From Solirubrobacterales bacterium (lineage in GTDB: Bacteria > Actinomycetota > Thermoleophilia > Solirubrobacterales > 70-9): a stretch of DNA of 64,000 nucleotides. Each line of letters opens with the position of its first letter. The stretch's first letter is position 1. The stretch lies in assembly GCA_036524375.1 (NCBI GenBank), contig DATDCK010000053.1, positions 12,279 through 76,278 of the forward strand. The letters run 5' to 3'. Positions 43,106 to 52,339 of the stretch are shown piece after piece. The position numbers and the translations under genes are program-made. The notes beneath the pieces were generated by a model, which made no database searches, had not been told where the DNA came from, and saw nothing but the letters and a program-made list of their open reading frames with translations.

Positions 43106-43767
43106 TGCAGGCGGGCCGCGCGAAAGGAGCCGCGCCGGTGCCGTCAAAGAAATCGTCGACCGTGCCCGCGACCGACGACGAGATACGCGAGAAGTACCTG
43201 GAGCGCGCGATCCGCGAGCTCAACACCTTCACCCACGAGCTCCAGGACTGCCCTCATTGCCCGCGCGGCAAGCTGATGCCCGTGCTCGGCTCCGGCCATC
43301 CCCAGGCAGACGTCTTGATGCTCAAGCACGACCCCGGGGTGGCGGAGATCGAAGAGGGCGTCGCCTTCTACGGCCGGGCCGGCAATGCGCTGATGAAAAG
43401 CTTCAAGCGCCTCGGGATCGACCCGCTGGTCGTCTACGGGACGCTCTGCGTCAAGTGCCCGATCGCCGAGCCTGACCTGGCGCCGGAAGCGTGCGTGCGA
43501 CGCCTGATCGAGGAGATGGCGATCGTGCAGCCTAAGATCGTCGTCGTCATGGGCGAGCCCGCTCTGCGGGTCCTCAACGAGCTCGAAGTCCCGCTCGCCC
43601 GCGCGATCGAGGCGCGCGAGGGAGAGATTCAAGCCTTCACTCCCACCATCGACGCGCTCTTCACCCCCGACATCGACGAATCGCTCGACCAGGAGGGCGC
43701 CAAGCAGCGCTTCTGGCGCTCCTTCAAGGTCCTCGGCGAGTGGTACGAGGACCTGCCGCCTTACTGA
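43105..43767 (+). CDS. uracil-DNA glycosylase superfamily protein (family 4/5-like, Fe-S type)
   Basis: CPHCPRG...VLGSGHPQADVLMLKHDPG...FYGRAGNALM...CVKCP. The ATG shares the A of the upstream TGA (TGATG). Confidence 0.75.
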   Translation: MQAGRAKGAAPVPSKKSSTVPATDDEIREKYLERAIRELNTFTHELQDCPHCPRGKLMPVLGSGHPQADVLMLKHDPGVAEIEEGVAFYGRAGNALMKSFKRLGIDPLVVYGTLCVKCPIAEPDLAPEACVRRLIEEMAIVQPKIVVVMGEPALRVLNELEVPLARAIEAREGEIQAFTPTIDALFTPDIDESLDQEGAKQRFWRSFKVLGEWYEDLPPY

Positions 43768-43777
43768 CGGCCGCCGA

Positions 43778-44398
43778 TCAGGCGGCCTGTGCGGGAGCCG
43801 GCGCCGGATCGGTGACCGGAGCCGGTGGGACGCCGTTGCCGGAGCCGCCATCGTCCTTGGCGTCGTGTTCGCCGGCCTTCGGCGAGAGGTAGCGGTCGAT
43901 CACCGCCAGCGCCACGGCGGAGATGACGAAGGTGATGTGGATAACCGTCTGCCAGAGCAGGGTGTCGCCGTCCATTTTGCTGGCGTTGATGAAGCTCTGC
44001 AGCAGGTGGATCGAGGAGATGCCGACGATCGCCATCGCCAGCTTCACCTTGAGGACGTTGGCGTTGACGTGGGAGAGCCACTCGGGCTCGTCGGGGTGGC
44101 CGCGCATCCGGATCTTCGAGACGAAGGTCTCGTAGCCGCCGATGATCACCATGATCAGGAGGTTGGCGATCATCACCACGTCGACGAGTCCGAGGACGAG
44201 CAGCATCACCTCGTTCTCGGTCAGATGGCCGACATCGGTGACGAGGTGCCAGAGCTCCTGCATGAAGCGCCATACGTAGACGCCCTGAGCCGCGATCAGC
44301 CCCAGGTAGAGCGGCGCCTGCAGCCAGCGGCTGAGGAAGATCGTGCTGCTGACGGTGCGCGCCAGCGGTCGGTCGACGTACTCCTGTTCCGCGCTCAT
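43778..44398 (-). CDS. UPF0114 (YqhA) family membrane protein
   Basis: [25 protein letters not shown]... matches my memory of the YqhA/TIGR00645 family. C-terminal disordered tail. Confidence 0.75.
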   Translation of the reverse strand: MSAEQEYVDRPLARTVSSTIFLSRWLQAPLYLGLIAAQGVYVWRFMQELWHLVTDVGHLTENEVMLLVLGLVDVVMIANLLIMVIIGGYETFVSKIRMRGHPDEPEWLSHVNANVLKVKLAMAIVGISSIHLLQSFINASKMDGDTLLWQTVIHITFVISAVALAVIDRYLSPKAGEHDAKDDGGSGNGVPPAPVTDPAPAPAQAA

Positions 44399-44439
44399 CG
44401 GCCGCCAACCCTACCCGGTCACCTTAGGGGCGCCTAAGG

Positions 44440-45222
44440 CTAGGTCGCCGGCGCGGCGGCCTCGGCGACGGCACTCATCGCCTCGACCTTGGCCGAAGCG
44501 AGCCCGCGGACGACGATCGTGTCGAGGGCGGAGTAGGTGGCCAGCGCTTGCTGGGCCTCCCCGCGGTCGGCAGCGGCGACGCCGACCGTCCCCTCGGGCT
44601 CGCCGAGGCGATCGAAGTGATTGCGGTAGCCGTCGTGGAGGTCGCGGTAGAAGGATTCCTCCTTGGCGAGGCGCTCGGCCGCGTCGGGCCCGACGGCGGT
44701 GCGGACGTAGCCGAAGACCGGCGGCGTGTCGCGACCGGCCGCGGCAGCGCCGGCCTCGACCTTCGCGCGGGCGCCCGCGGCGAACCCGGGCGTCATCCAG
44801 TTGAAGAAGACGCCGTCGAACTCGGCCCCCGACAGTTCGCACATCTTCGGCCCCATCGCTGCCAGCACCAGCCGCACCTCGGGCAGGCGCTGGCGCAGCT
44901 CCGGCAGGGACTCGCGCATCTTCGTCAGCGGCTTCTCGGAGAATCCGGCGCCGACCCCGAGCCAGAGTCGCGTCGGGTCGAGGCCAGGCCGCTTGATGTC
45001 GGCGGCGATGTCCTCCGGGGGAGTGCGGTCGATCGCGATCACGGCGACTCCGAGGTCGGCCGCGGGCGCGGCGGCGCCGAACTCGGCCAGGGTCTCCAGT
45101 CCCTTGGCCCCGGGGTGGTCGTTGGACCAGAGCGAGTCGTAGCCGAGCCCGGCGCAGTGCTCGGCCAGCGGCCGTGCGACTTCCGGGTCGAGACCGGCGG
45201 CGACGCCGAAGCCGCGGCTCAT
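44440..45222 (-). CDS. LLM-class (luciferase-like, probably F420-dependent) oxidoreductase
   Basis: Trimmed to MSRGFGVAAGL (ATG 45220-45222; ATGA overlap with the upstream stop). LGYDSLWSNDH, LWLGVGAG. Confidence 0.8.
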   Translation of the reverse strand: MSRGFGVAAGLDPEVARPLAEHCAGLGYDSLWSNDHPGAKGLETLAEFGAAAPAADLGVAVIAIDRTPPEDIAADIKRPGLDPTRLWLGVGAGFSEKPLTKMRESLPELRQRLPEVRLVLAAMGPKMCELSGAEFDGVFFNWMTPGFAAGARAKVEAGAAAAGRDTPPVFGYVRTAVGPDAAERLAKEESFYRDLHDGYRNHFDRLGEPEGTVGVAAADRGEAQQALATYSALDTIVVRGLASAKVEAMSAVAEAAAPAT

Positions 45223-45644
45223 CGGGACTCCTTCGCAACGTATGGAGCCCACCAACCGTCTGCCGGCTCGATCTGCTCGACGATGTCGACCCACATTCCG
45301 GCCGGGTCGACGACGGCGAGTCGCCGCTGGCCCCACGGCTCCTCGGTGAGCTCCAGTTCGAGGTCCAGTCCTTGCTCGGCAAGGCGCTCGTGCTCCGCGC
45401 CCGCGTCCGCGACCTGGAAGGTGAGGAACGCTCCATCGCCGCTGAAGGGAGCGGGCGAGGGCGGGGAAGACGGATGGTCGCTGTGCATGAAGGCGAGTGT
45501 GGCTGCGTGCTCTCCGCCGCCGGTAAGGAGCACGAACCAGTCAGCCTCGAAGGACACCTCGAAGCCGAACCAGCGGCAGTAGAAGTCGCGGCACTCGCGC
45601 AGGCGGTCGGTGATCACCACCGGATAGGAGTTGACGAGCTGCAC
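45219..45644 (-). CDS. VOC (glyoxalase/bleomycin-resistance) family protein
   Basis: GTG start 45642-45644. YPVVITDRLRECRDFYCRWFGFEV...RLAVVDPAGMWVDIVE. Confidence 0.8.
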   Translation of the reverse strand: MQLVNSYPVVITDRLRECRDFYCRWFGFEVSFEADWFVLLTGGGEHAATLAFMHSDHPSSPPSPAPFSGDGAFLTFQVADAGAEHERLAEQGLDLELELTEEPWGQRRLAVVDPAGMWVDIVEQIEPADGWWAPYVAKESR

Positions 45645-45649
45645 GCCGC

Positions 45650-46957
45650 CTATCCCCCCGTCTTCTCGAGCAGCGCCACGCACTCGATGTGCGGGGTCTG
45701 GGGGAACATGTCGACTGGCTTCACGCGCGTCAAGCTGTAGCCGGCCTCGACCAGCTGCGAGGCGTTGGGGGCGAGCGTTGTCGGGTTGCAGGAGACGTAG
45801 ACGATCCGCTTCGCCTCGCACTCGATCAGCCGCCTGACGATCTTCTGCGAGAGCCCCGCCCGCGGCGGGTCGACGACGACGACGTCGGGCTTGCCCGCCT
45901 GCTCGATCAGCGGCCGCACCCCCGTGCGGGCGCTGCCGGTCACGAAGCGCGCGTTGGAGATGCCGTTGCGCTCGGCGTTGGCCTCGGCGTCGGCGATCGC
46001 CTCGCGGACGAGCTCCAGCCCCCAGACCTCGCCGGCGTCGGCGGCCATCGTCAGGCCGATCGTCCCGATCCCGCAGTAGAGGTCGAAGAGCCGCTCGCCG
46101 CCGCTGAGGCCGGCGAAATCGGCGGCGACCGCGTAGAGCCGTTCGGCCATCTCGGTGTTGGTCTGGAAGAAGGCCGAGTGCGACATCTCCAGCTTCAGCC
46201 CGCAGACCTCCTCGCGCAAGCGCTCCTCGCCGATCGCGCCGGTGGGCCCGTCGGTGCTGCCGGAGTCGCCCTCGATCATCGTGTGGAGGTCGACCGGCGG
46301 TTTCGCGAATTTCGCCGTCGAGGTGACCAGCCGGGTCTGGATCTGGCCGCTGTTCCGCCCTTCGCGGACGACGAGGTTGCGCAGGACGCCGTCGCGCTCG
46401 CGGCGGTCGTAGGCGGGGATGCCCTCGCGCCGCGCCCAATCGCGGACCTCGTTGCGCGCCGCGTTGCCGGCCTCGGAGGCGAGCAGGCAGTCCTCGACGC
46501 CGACGATCCGGTCCCAGCGGCCACGGGCGTGGAAGCCGAGCACGGTCTCGGCCTCGTGCTCGCCGAAGGAGTACTCGAGCTTGTTGCGATAGCGCCAGAG
46601 CTCGGTCGCGGCGACGATCTCCTCGAGCTCGAAGCCGTCGAGGCCGCCGATCCGCCGCAGCGCGTCCTCGACCTGCTCGCTCTTGTGGGCGAGCTGGGCC
46701 TCGTACGGGAGACCCTGCCAGGGCGCCCCCGGGCAGGGCTCGCCTTCGTGCACGCAGCTGTCGGCGACGCGGTCGTCGGCGGGGCGGATCAGCTCGACCG
46801 TGCGGGCCTCGGCGAAGCGCCGCTTCGACTTCGTCACCTCGGCCCGCACCCGGTCCCCCGGCAGGGCGCCGGAGACGAAGACGACGAGGCCGTCCTCTCG
46901 CGCCACGCCGCGCCCGCCGTGGGCGAGCGAGTCGATCTCGAGCTCTAGAAGCTCCAA
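45650..46957 (-). CDS. TRAM-domain 23S rRNA (uracil-5-)-methyltransferase RlmD/RumA-like
   Basis: N-terminal TRAM (GGRGVAR...GDRVRAEVTKSKRRF), SAM motif LFDLYCGIGTIG, and C-terminal YVSCNPTTLA...DMFPQTPHIE. Confidence 0.9.
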   Translation of the reverse strand: MELLELEIDSLAHGGRGVAREDGLVVFVSGALPGDRVRAEVTKSKRRFAEARTVELIRPADDRVADSCVHEGEPCPGAPWQGLPYEAQLAHKSEQVEDALRRIGGLDGFELEEIVAATELWRYRNKLEYSFGEHEAETVLGFHARGRWDRIVGVEDCLLASEAGNAARNEVRDWARREGIPAYDRRERDGVLRNLVVREGRNSGQIQTRLVTSTAKFAKPPVDLHTMIEGDSGSTDGPTGAIGEERLREEVCGLKLEMSHSAFFQTNTEMAERLYAVAADFAGLSGGERLFDLYCGIGTIGLTMAADAGEVWGLELVREAIADAEANAERNGISNARFVTGSARTGVRPLIEQAGKPDVVVVDPPRAGLSQKIVRRLIECEAKRIVYVSCNPTTLAPNASQLVEAGYSLTRVKPVDMFPQTPHIECVALLEKTGG

Positions 46958-47407
46958 CTAGCTGAGTTTTTTCCGGGCCCTGCGCGCTGCCTGGGTCGCC
47001 TGTTTGCGAACCGGCTCCTGCAGCCCGCCGACCTCTTTGCGCGCCTGCCTGACCAGCCGCTCGAGCTCTTTCAGCATCGAGTCGGTCTGGCGCCGGCCGC
47101 GTTTGATCAGGTCCGAGAGCATCTTCTCGGCGTCGCCGCGGGTCATCCGACCGCGGCTGACGGCGTCGTCGACGACCTCCTGAAGGCGGTCACGGCTGAG
47201 GGTGACGTTGCGCTCGAGGCTGCTGCGGAACTCCTCGATGCTCTTGTCGAGCCCGGCCGTTTTGGCGCCGGTTTTCCTCGCCGCTGTTTTCCGCGGTTTC
47301 GCCGCTTTCGCTTTTTTCCTCGGTTTCGCTTTGGCTTTTTTGCCCGCGGCTTTCTTTTTCGGGGCTTTTTTCGCGGGTTTTTTCGAAGTGCCTTTTTTGG
47401 CGGCCAT
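46958..47407 (-). CDS. basic protein: histone-H1-like Lys/Ala-rich N-terminus plus a helical phasin/COG3937-like C-terminal region
   Basis: MAAKKGTSKKPAKKAPKKKAAGKKAKAKPRKKAKAAKPRK..., then RDRLQEVVDDAVSRGRMTRGDAEKMLSDLIKRG. The functional call is tentative. Confidence 0.5.
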   Translation of the reverse strand: MAAKKGTSKKPAKKAPKKKAAGKKAKAKPRKKAKAAKPRKTAARKTGAKTAGLDKSIEEFRSSLERNVTLSRDRLQEVVDDAVSRGRMTRGDAEKMLSDLIKRGRRQTDSMLKELERLVRQARKEVGGLQEPVRKQATQAARRARKKLS

Positions 47408-47449
47408 CTGGATTCGTCTCCTGATCGGGTGGGTGCCGTGACTATCTCA

Positions 47450-48280
47450 CTACCTGGCGTCCGCCGTTTTGAACATCGCCTCGACCGGCGCATGGTCGGA
47501 GAGGCGCAGGGCGCGGCCGTCGAGCTCGACCTCGCGCCGCTCGGGGGGCCAGGGAGCGGGCGCCGAGACGACCTCGAGCCCGCGGGCGAGCAGGTGGTCG
47601 ATCCGGTCCGGCCCGGTGACGGGGGTCGCGAGCCCGTAGCGCTCGGCGAGCTCGGCGAAGAGCTCCGGGTCCCGGGCGGGGCGCAGGTTGAGGTCGCCGC
47701 CGAAGACGAGCGGTCCGTCGCCGGCGAACTCGACCGCGGCGCGGGCGGCGAGGAGGACGTCGGCAACTGCCAGCGGGGGAAAGTCGTTCGTGGCATGAAG
47801 GTTGGCGACGCAGAGGCCGGAGGCGGTCCGGGTCATCGCCATCGCCCGGCGCTCGGGGCGGCCCTCGTGGATCGCGACCCCATGTCGTTCGACGATCGCC
47901 CCCAGGGGCCCGTCGGGGCGGACCAGGGTCAGGTTCGAGCCGCCCTCGCCCGACGCGATCAGGTCGGGGTTGAGCCGGGCCGCGAAGGTGCGGAGCGGTG
48001 CCAGTGAGTTGCGTGAGGTGAGCACCCGGTGCGGCTCGGCGCGGCAGGCGCGGGCGAGTGGCTCGGCGTAGCGGGGAGGCGTCTCCTGCAGCAGGGCGAC
48101 GTCCCACTCGGCTGCGGCGAGCCACGCCGCGAACTCGGCGGTGAGGTCGCGGTTGACCTGGACGTGGGTGTCGTTGCGCTCGGTGACCCGCAGCAGGCGC
48201 GAGCGCCAGGTGAAGAGCGCGGGGTCCGGTGGGAAGTCGCGCCCGTGGAACAGGTTCCAGCTGATCGTCGTGAACCGCAC
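47450..48280 (-). CDS. endonuclease/exonuclease/phosphatase (EEP) family protein, cytoplasmic
   Basis: ISWNLFHG, VALLQE, VANLHAT, FGGDLN and SDHAPVEA motifs. No signal peptide. Confidence 0.8.
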   Translation of the reverse strand: MRFTTISWNLFHGRDFPPDPALFTWRSRLLRVTERNDTHVQVNRDLTAEFAAWLAAAEWDVALLQETPPRYAEPLARACRAEPHRVLTSRNSLAPLRTFAARLNPDLIASGEGGSNLTLVRPDGPLGAIVERHGVAIHEGRPERRAMAMTRTASGLCVANLHATNDFPPLAVADVLLAARAAVEFAGDGPLVFGGDLNLRPARDPELFAELAERYGLATPVTGPDRIDHLLARGLEVVSAPAPWPPERREVELDGRALRLSDHAPVEAMFKTADAR

Positions 48281-48285
48281 CCGCT

Positions 48286-48291
48286 TAGTAT
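48286..48291 (+). promoter_or_regulatory. candidate -10 hexamer (TAGTAT) for a leaderless argF transcript
   Basis: CTTAGTATT lies 7 nt upstream of the TTG start. Only 18 nt separate the divergent starts, and no Shine-Dalgarno is present. Confidence 0.3.
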
Positions 48292-48298
48292 TTCCAGC

Positions 48299-49186
48299 TT
48301 GAAGCGGGACTACCTGACAGGCGAGGAGCTGGGCGCCTTCGAGCTCGGCGAGCTGCTCGCCTCGGCGGCGGCGCTGAAAGCCGGGCGACGCGAGGGCGCC
48401 GGCGACACCGCTCTCTCGGGTCGCAGCATCGGCCTGGTCTTCGTCAGGCCGTCGACGCGGACCCGGATCTCGTTCGAGGTCGGGGTCGCGGAGCTCGGGG
48501 CGACGCCGATCGTCCTGCGGGGGGACGAACTGCAGCTCTCGCGCGGTGAGTCGATCGCCGACACCGGCCGCGTCCTCTCCCGCTACCTCGACGCGATCGT
48601 GATCCGTTCCGGCTCACACGATGACGTCGCGGCGCTGGCCGCCGACGCCGAGGTCCCGGTCGTCAACGCCCTGACGCCGCAGCACCATCCCTGCCAGGCG
48701 CTGGCCGACCTGCTGACCATGCGCGAGCGCTTCGGCGAGCTCGACGGCCTCAAGCTCGCCTACGTCGGCGACGGCAACAACGTCGCCCGCAGCCTCGCGA
48801 TCGCCTGCGAGCTGAGCGGCGTCGAGCTCGCCGTCGCGGCGCCGGCGGGCTACCAGCTCGAGGAGGGGCACGGTGCGAAGCTGACCGACGACCCGCGCGC
48901 CGCCGCCGACTCGGCCGACGCGATCTACACCGACGTCTGGGTCAGCATGGGCGACGAGGAGGAGGCGGACCGGCGGCGCGCCGACCTCGCGCCCTACCGG
49001 GTCGACGCCGACCTGCTCTCGGTCGCCAAAGACACCGCCGTGGTCCTCCACTGCCTGCCCGCGCACCCGGGCGAGGAGATCGAAGCCGACGTCCTCTACG
49101 GCGAGCGCTCGGCGGTCTGGGACCAGGCCGAGAACCGCCTCCACGCCCAGAAGGCGCTGCTCGTCGAGCTCCTGGCCGGCGACTGA
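48299..49186 (+). CDS. argF: ornithine carbamoyltransferase
   Basis: STRTR, HPCQALADL, DGNNVA and HCLPAHPGEE motifs. TTG start; track ORF 48029..49186 trimmed. Confidence 0.9.
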   Translation: MKRDYLTGEELGAFELGELLASAAALKAGRREGAGDTALSGRSIGLVFVRPSTRTRISFEVGVAELGATPIVLRGDELQLSRGESIADTGRVLSRYLDAIVIRSGSHDDVAALAADAEVPVVNALTPQHHPCQALADLLTMRERFGELDGLKLAYVGDGNNVARSLAIACELSGVELAVAAPAGYQLEEGHGAKLTDDPRAAADSADAIYTDVWVSMGDEEEADRRRADLAPYRVDADLLSVAKDTAVVLHCLPAHPGEEIEADVLYGERSAVWDQAENRLHAQKALLVELLAGD

Positions 49187-49200
49187 GGGGAGCGAGCACC

Positions 49201-49989
49201 GTGCACCCAGAAATCACCCTCGGCCCGCTGACGCTGCAGACCTTCGGGCTGATGTTCGCGCTGGCCTTCCTCGCCGCCGGCGCCCTGATCGCCAAGCGCC
49301 TGGGCGAGATCGGCAAGCCGGTCGACTGGGCCTACGAGCTCTGCTTCGCGGGGCTGGCCGGCGGCATCGTCGGCTCCCGCGTCTACTTCATCGTCCAGAA
49401 CTACGACTCGGTCAAGGACGACCTGCTCGGCAAGCTCTTTTCCGGCGCCGGCCTGGTCTGGTACGGCGGCCTGATCGGGGGCGCGCTGGCGGTCCTGATC
49501 TGGGCCCACTACCGGCGCTTCCTCGGGCTGGCCCTGCTCGACCTCTGCGCGCCGGCGCTGGCGCTCGGCTATGCCATCGGCCGCGTCGGCTGCCAGCTCT
49601 CCGGCGACGGCGACTACGGCAAGGCCTGGGACGGCCCCTGGGCGATGTCCTACCCCGACGGCACCGTGCCGACCGACGAAGCCGTGCACCCGACGCCGAT
49701 CTACGAGACGCTGGCGATGGGGCTCGGTGCCTGGATGCTGTGGCAGCTGCGCGAACGGTTCCGGGTCGGGGTGCTGTTCGCGATCTACCTCGTCTACGCG
49801 GGGGCGGAGCGCTTCCTGGTCGAGTTCCTGCGCCGCAACGACACCGCCGCGCTGGGGCTGACGACAGCGCAGCTCGAGAGCCTCGGCGCGATGGTCGCCG
49901 GGCTGGTTTGGATCTACGTCGTCAGGCGCCGCCACGGTAACCTCGGGCGCCCCGGCGCCCAGGTGGCGACGGCCCAGGCACAGACTTAG
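49201..49989 (+). CDS. lgt: prolipoprotein diacylglyceryl transferase
   Basis: GPLTLQTFGLMFALAFL..., GRVGCQLSGD and HPTPIYE. Multi-TM. GTG start. Confidence 0.8.
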   Translation: MHPEITLGPLTLQTFGLMFALAFLAAGALIAKRLGEIGKPVDWAYELCFAGLAGGIVGSRVYFIVQNYDSVKDDLLGKLFSGAGLVWYGGLIGGALAVLIWAHYRRFLGLALLDLCAPALALGYAIGRVGCQLSGDGDYGKAWDGPWAMSYPDGTVPTDEAVHPTPIYETLAMGLGAWMLWQLRERFRVGVLFAIYLVYAGAERFLVEFLRRNDTAALGLTTAQLESLGAMVAGLVWIYVVRRRHGNLGRPGAQVATAQAQT

Positions 49990-50012
49990 ACCAGACCAAG
50001 GGAGAACCAAGC

Positions 50013-50822
50013 GTGACCATCAGCGACGCCGTCGACAAAGCTGCCGAGAGGATCGGCGCCGCAGGCTGCCAGGAGCCCCGCAGCGACGCCGAGGCGCTGA
50101 CCGCCTTCGCGCTCGGGGTCGACGCCGGCGAGCTCTCCGCGAACGGGTCCGGCGAGATCACGCCGGAGGTCCAGAGCGCCCTCGAGGCCTTGGTCGCGCG
50201 CCGCGCCGAGCACGAGCCGCTCGCCTACATCCTCGGCCACGAGGTCTTCCGCGGGATCGACGTCGGCGTCGATCCCCGGGTCCTGATCCCGCGCCGCGAG
50301 ACCGGGCTGCTGGTCGAGGTCGCCGACGAAATGCCGGAGGGCTCCCGCGTGCACGAGATCGGCACCGGCTCGGCGGCGGTGGCGCTGGCGATCCTCAACG
50401 AGCGCCCCGACCTCAGGGTCACCGCCTCCGACCTTTCGCCCGAGGCCGCCGAAGTCGCCAGGGCGAACGCCGCGAAACTGGGATTCGACCTCGAGGTCAC
50501 CGTCGACGAGGGCCTGCCCGAGGGCTTCGAGAGCCAGGACATCGACCTCGTCGTCGCCAACATGCCCTACGTCACCGACGCGACCATCTACGACCGCACC
50601 CCGGAGATCCAGCGCGAGCCGCGGATCGCCGTCACCGGCGACTGCGGCGATGACGGCCTCGGCGTGATCCGCGGCGTCCTCTCGGAGATCCCGTCGGGAT
50701 GGCGGGTCGCGTTCGAGCACGACACCCATCACGGGCCGACGATGCGGGAGATGCTCGAGGACGCCAAGACCCTCACCGACTACATGGGCGGCGAGCGGGT
50801 CACCGTCGGCCGCGCTCGGTGA
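50013..50822 (+). CDS. prmC: release-factor glutamine methyltransferase
   Basis: PLAYILGHEVFRG, SAM motif EIGTGSAAVA, and catalytic NMPY (an NPPY variant). Confidence 0.9.
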   Translation: MTISDAVDKAAERIGAAGCQEPRSDAEALTAFALGVDAGELSANGSGEITPEVQSALEALVARRAEHEPLAYILGHEVFRGIDVGVDPRVLIPRRETGLLVEVADEMPEGSRVHEIGTGSAAVALAILNERPDLRVTASDLSPEAAEVARANAAKLGFDLEVTVDEGLPEGFESQDIDLVVANMPYVTDATIYDRTPEIQREPRIAVTGDCGDDGLGVIRGVLSEIPSGWRVAFEHDTHHGPTMREMLEDAKTLTDYMGGERVTVGRAR

Positions 50823-52285
50823 CCCAGGAGGAGCGCACCGCCAAGGTCGAGCGCCTGCGGGCCGAAGGCGTCGACCCCTTCCCACGCGACTTCCCGGACC
50901 GCACCCCGGTCGAGAAGATCGAGGCCGCCCACGACCCCGGGGAGCTGGGCGAGGGCGAGCATCCGGAGTTCGCGTACCGCGTCGCCGGCCGCGTCACCGG
51001 CCAGCGCGGCCACGGCAAGACCCTCTTCTTCGACGTCCGCGACCTGACCGGGACGATCCAGGCCTACGCCCGGGTCGACGATCTCGGCGAGGAGGCGATG
51101 AAGCGGATCGAGGACTTCGACATCGGCGACATCGTCGGCGTCGACGGCACCCTCCATGTGACGAAACGCGGGCAGCTGGCGATCGCCGTGAAGGAGGCGA
51201 CGCTGCAGGCGAAGGCCCTGCGCGACCCTCCCGACCTCTTCCACGGGATCGCCGATCCCGACGTTCGCTACCGCCAGCGCGAGCTCGACCTGCTCGCGAA
51301 CGAGGAGTCGCGGGAGGTGTTCAAGACCCGCTCCAAGGTGCTGACCGAGATCCGCGGCTTCATGAACGAGCACGACTTCGTCGAGCTCGAAACTCCCTAC
51401 CTGCAGCGGCTGACGGGCGGCGCCGCCGCGCGGCCGTTCAAGACCCACCACCACGCGCTCGACCGCCACCTCTTCCTGCGCACCGCGACCGAGCTCTACC
51501 TGAAGCGGGTGATCGTCGGCGGCTTCGAGAACGTCTACGAGCTGGGCCGCTTCTTTCGCAACGAGGGGATGTCGCCCCAGCACAACCCCGAGTTCACGAT
51601 GCTCGAGTGGTTCGTCGCCGACGCCGACTACGTCGGGGTCATGGACTTCGCCGAGGCGCTGGTCTCGAGCGTCGTCGAGCGCGTTCTCGGGACGACCGTC
51701 GTCGAGCGCGACGGCGAGACGATCGACTTCGCGCCGCCCTGGCCGCGAATCCCGATCCGCGACGCGATCCTCGAGGAGACCGGGGTCGACATCGTCGAGG
51801 CCGGTCGCGACGAGCTCGCCGAGCTGGCCGGCGAGGATGCCGAGCCCGACGACGACTGGGCCGGGCTCGTCGACACCCTGCAGGGCAAGCTGATCGAGCC
51901 GAAGCTGATCCAACCGACCTTCCTGATCAACCTGCCGCTCGACATCTGGCCGTTGGTCAAGCCCAACCCCGAGCATCCGGAGCTGCTCGCCGACGCCTTC
52001 GACGGGATCGTCGGCGGGATGGAGATCGTCGGCGGCGGCACCGACGTCAACGACCCCGAGGAACAGCGCCGGCATTTCATCGAACAGCGCGAACGCCAGG
52101 AAAAGGGGGCCGAGGACGATCCCCACCCCCACGACGAGGAGTTCGTGCGGGCGCTCGAGTACGGGATGCGGATCGCCAGCGGCTGCGGCCTCGGCGTCGA
52201 CCGCCTGATGATGCTGATCACCGGCTCCAAGACCCTGCGCGACGTGATCCTCTTCCCGGCGATGCGCGAGAAATCCACCGACTGA
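50819..52285 (+). CDS. lysS: lysine-tRNA ligase (class II)
   Basis: The GTG at 50819-50821 overlaps the prmC stop (GTGA). OB-fold N-domain, FRNEG motif 2, GCGLGVDRL motif 3. Confidence 0.95.
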   Translation: MTQEERTAKVERLRAEGVDPFPRDFPDRTPVEKIEAAHDPGELGEGEHPEFAYRVAGRVTGQRGHGKTLFFDVRDLTGTIQAYARVDDLGEEAMKRIEDFDIGDIVGVDGTLHVTKRGQLAIAVKEATLQAKALRDPPDLFHGIADPDVRYRQRELDLLANEESREVFKTRSKVLTEIRGFMNEHDFVELETPYLQRLTGGAAARPFKTHHHALDRHLFLRTATELYLKRVIVGGFENVYELGRFFRNEGMSPQHNPEFTMLEWFVADADYVGVMDFAEALVSSVVERVLGTTVVERDGETIDFAPPWPRIPIRDAILEETGVDIVEAGRDELAELAGEDAEPDDDWAGLVDTLQGKLIEPKLIQPTFLINLPLDIWPLVKPNPEHPELLADAFDGIVGGMEIVGGGTDVNDPEEQRRHFIEQRERQEKGAEDDPHPHDEEFVRALEYGMRIASGCGLGVDRLMMLITGSKTLRDVILFPAMREKSTD

Positions 52286-52339
52286 CCCGCCGATGGGCCG
52301 ATAAGTCCAGTCGGAGCCGACATTTCGGCCCGTCGGCGC

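Noticed and set aside
40859-43147. 762-aa minus-strand ORF.
   Set aside because: It is antisense to ino1 and the GT4N::PHP gene, both of which have strong family motifs. It is a shadow ORF.
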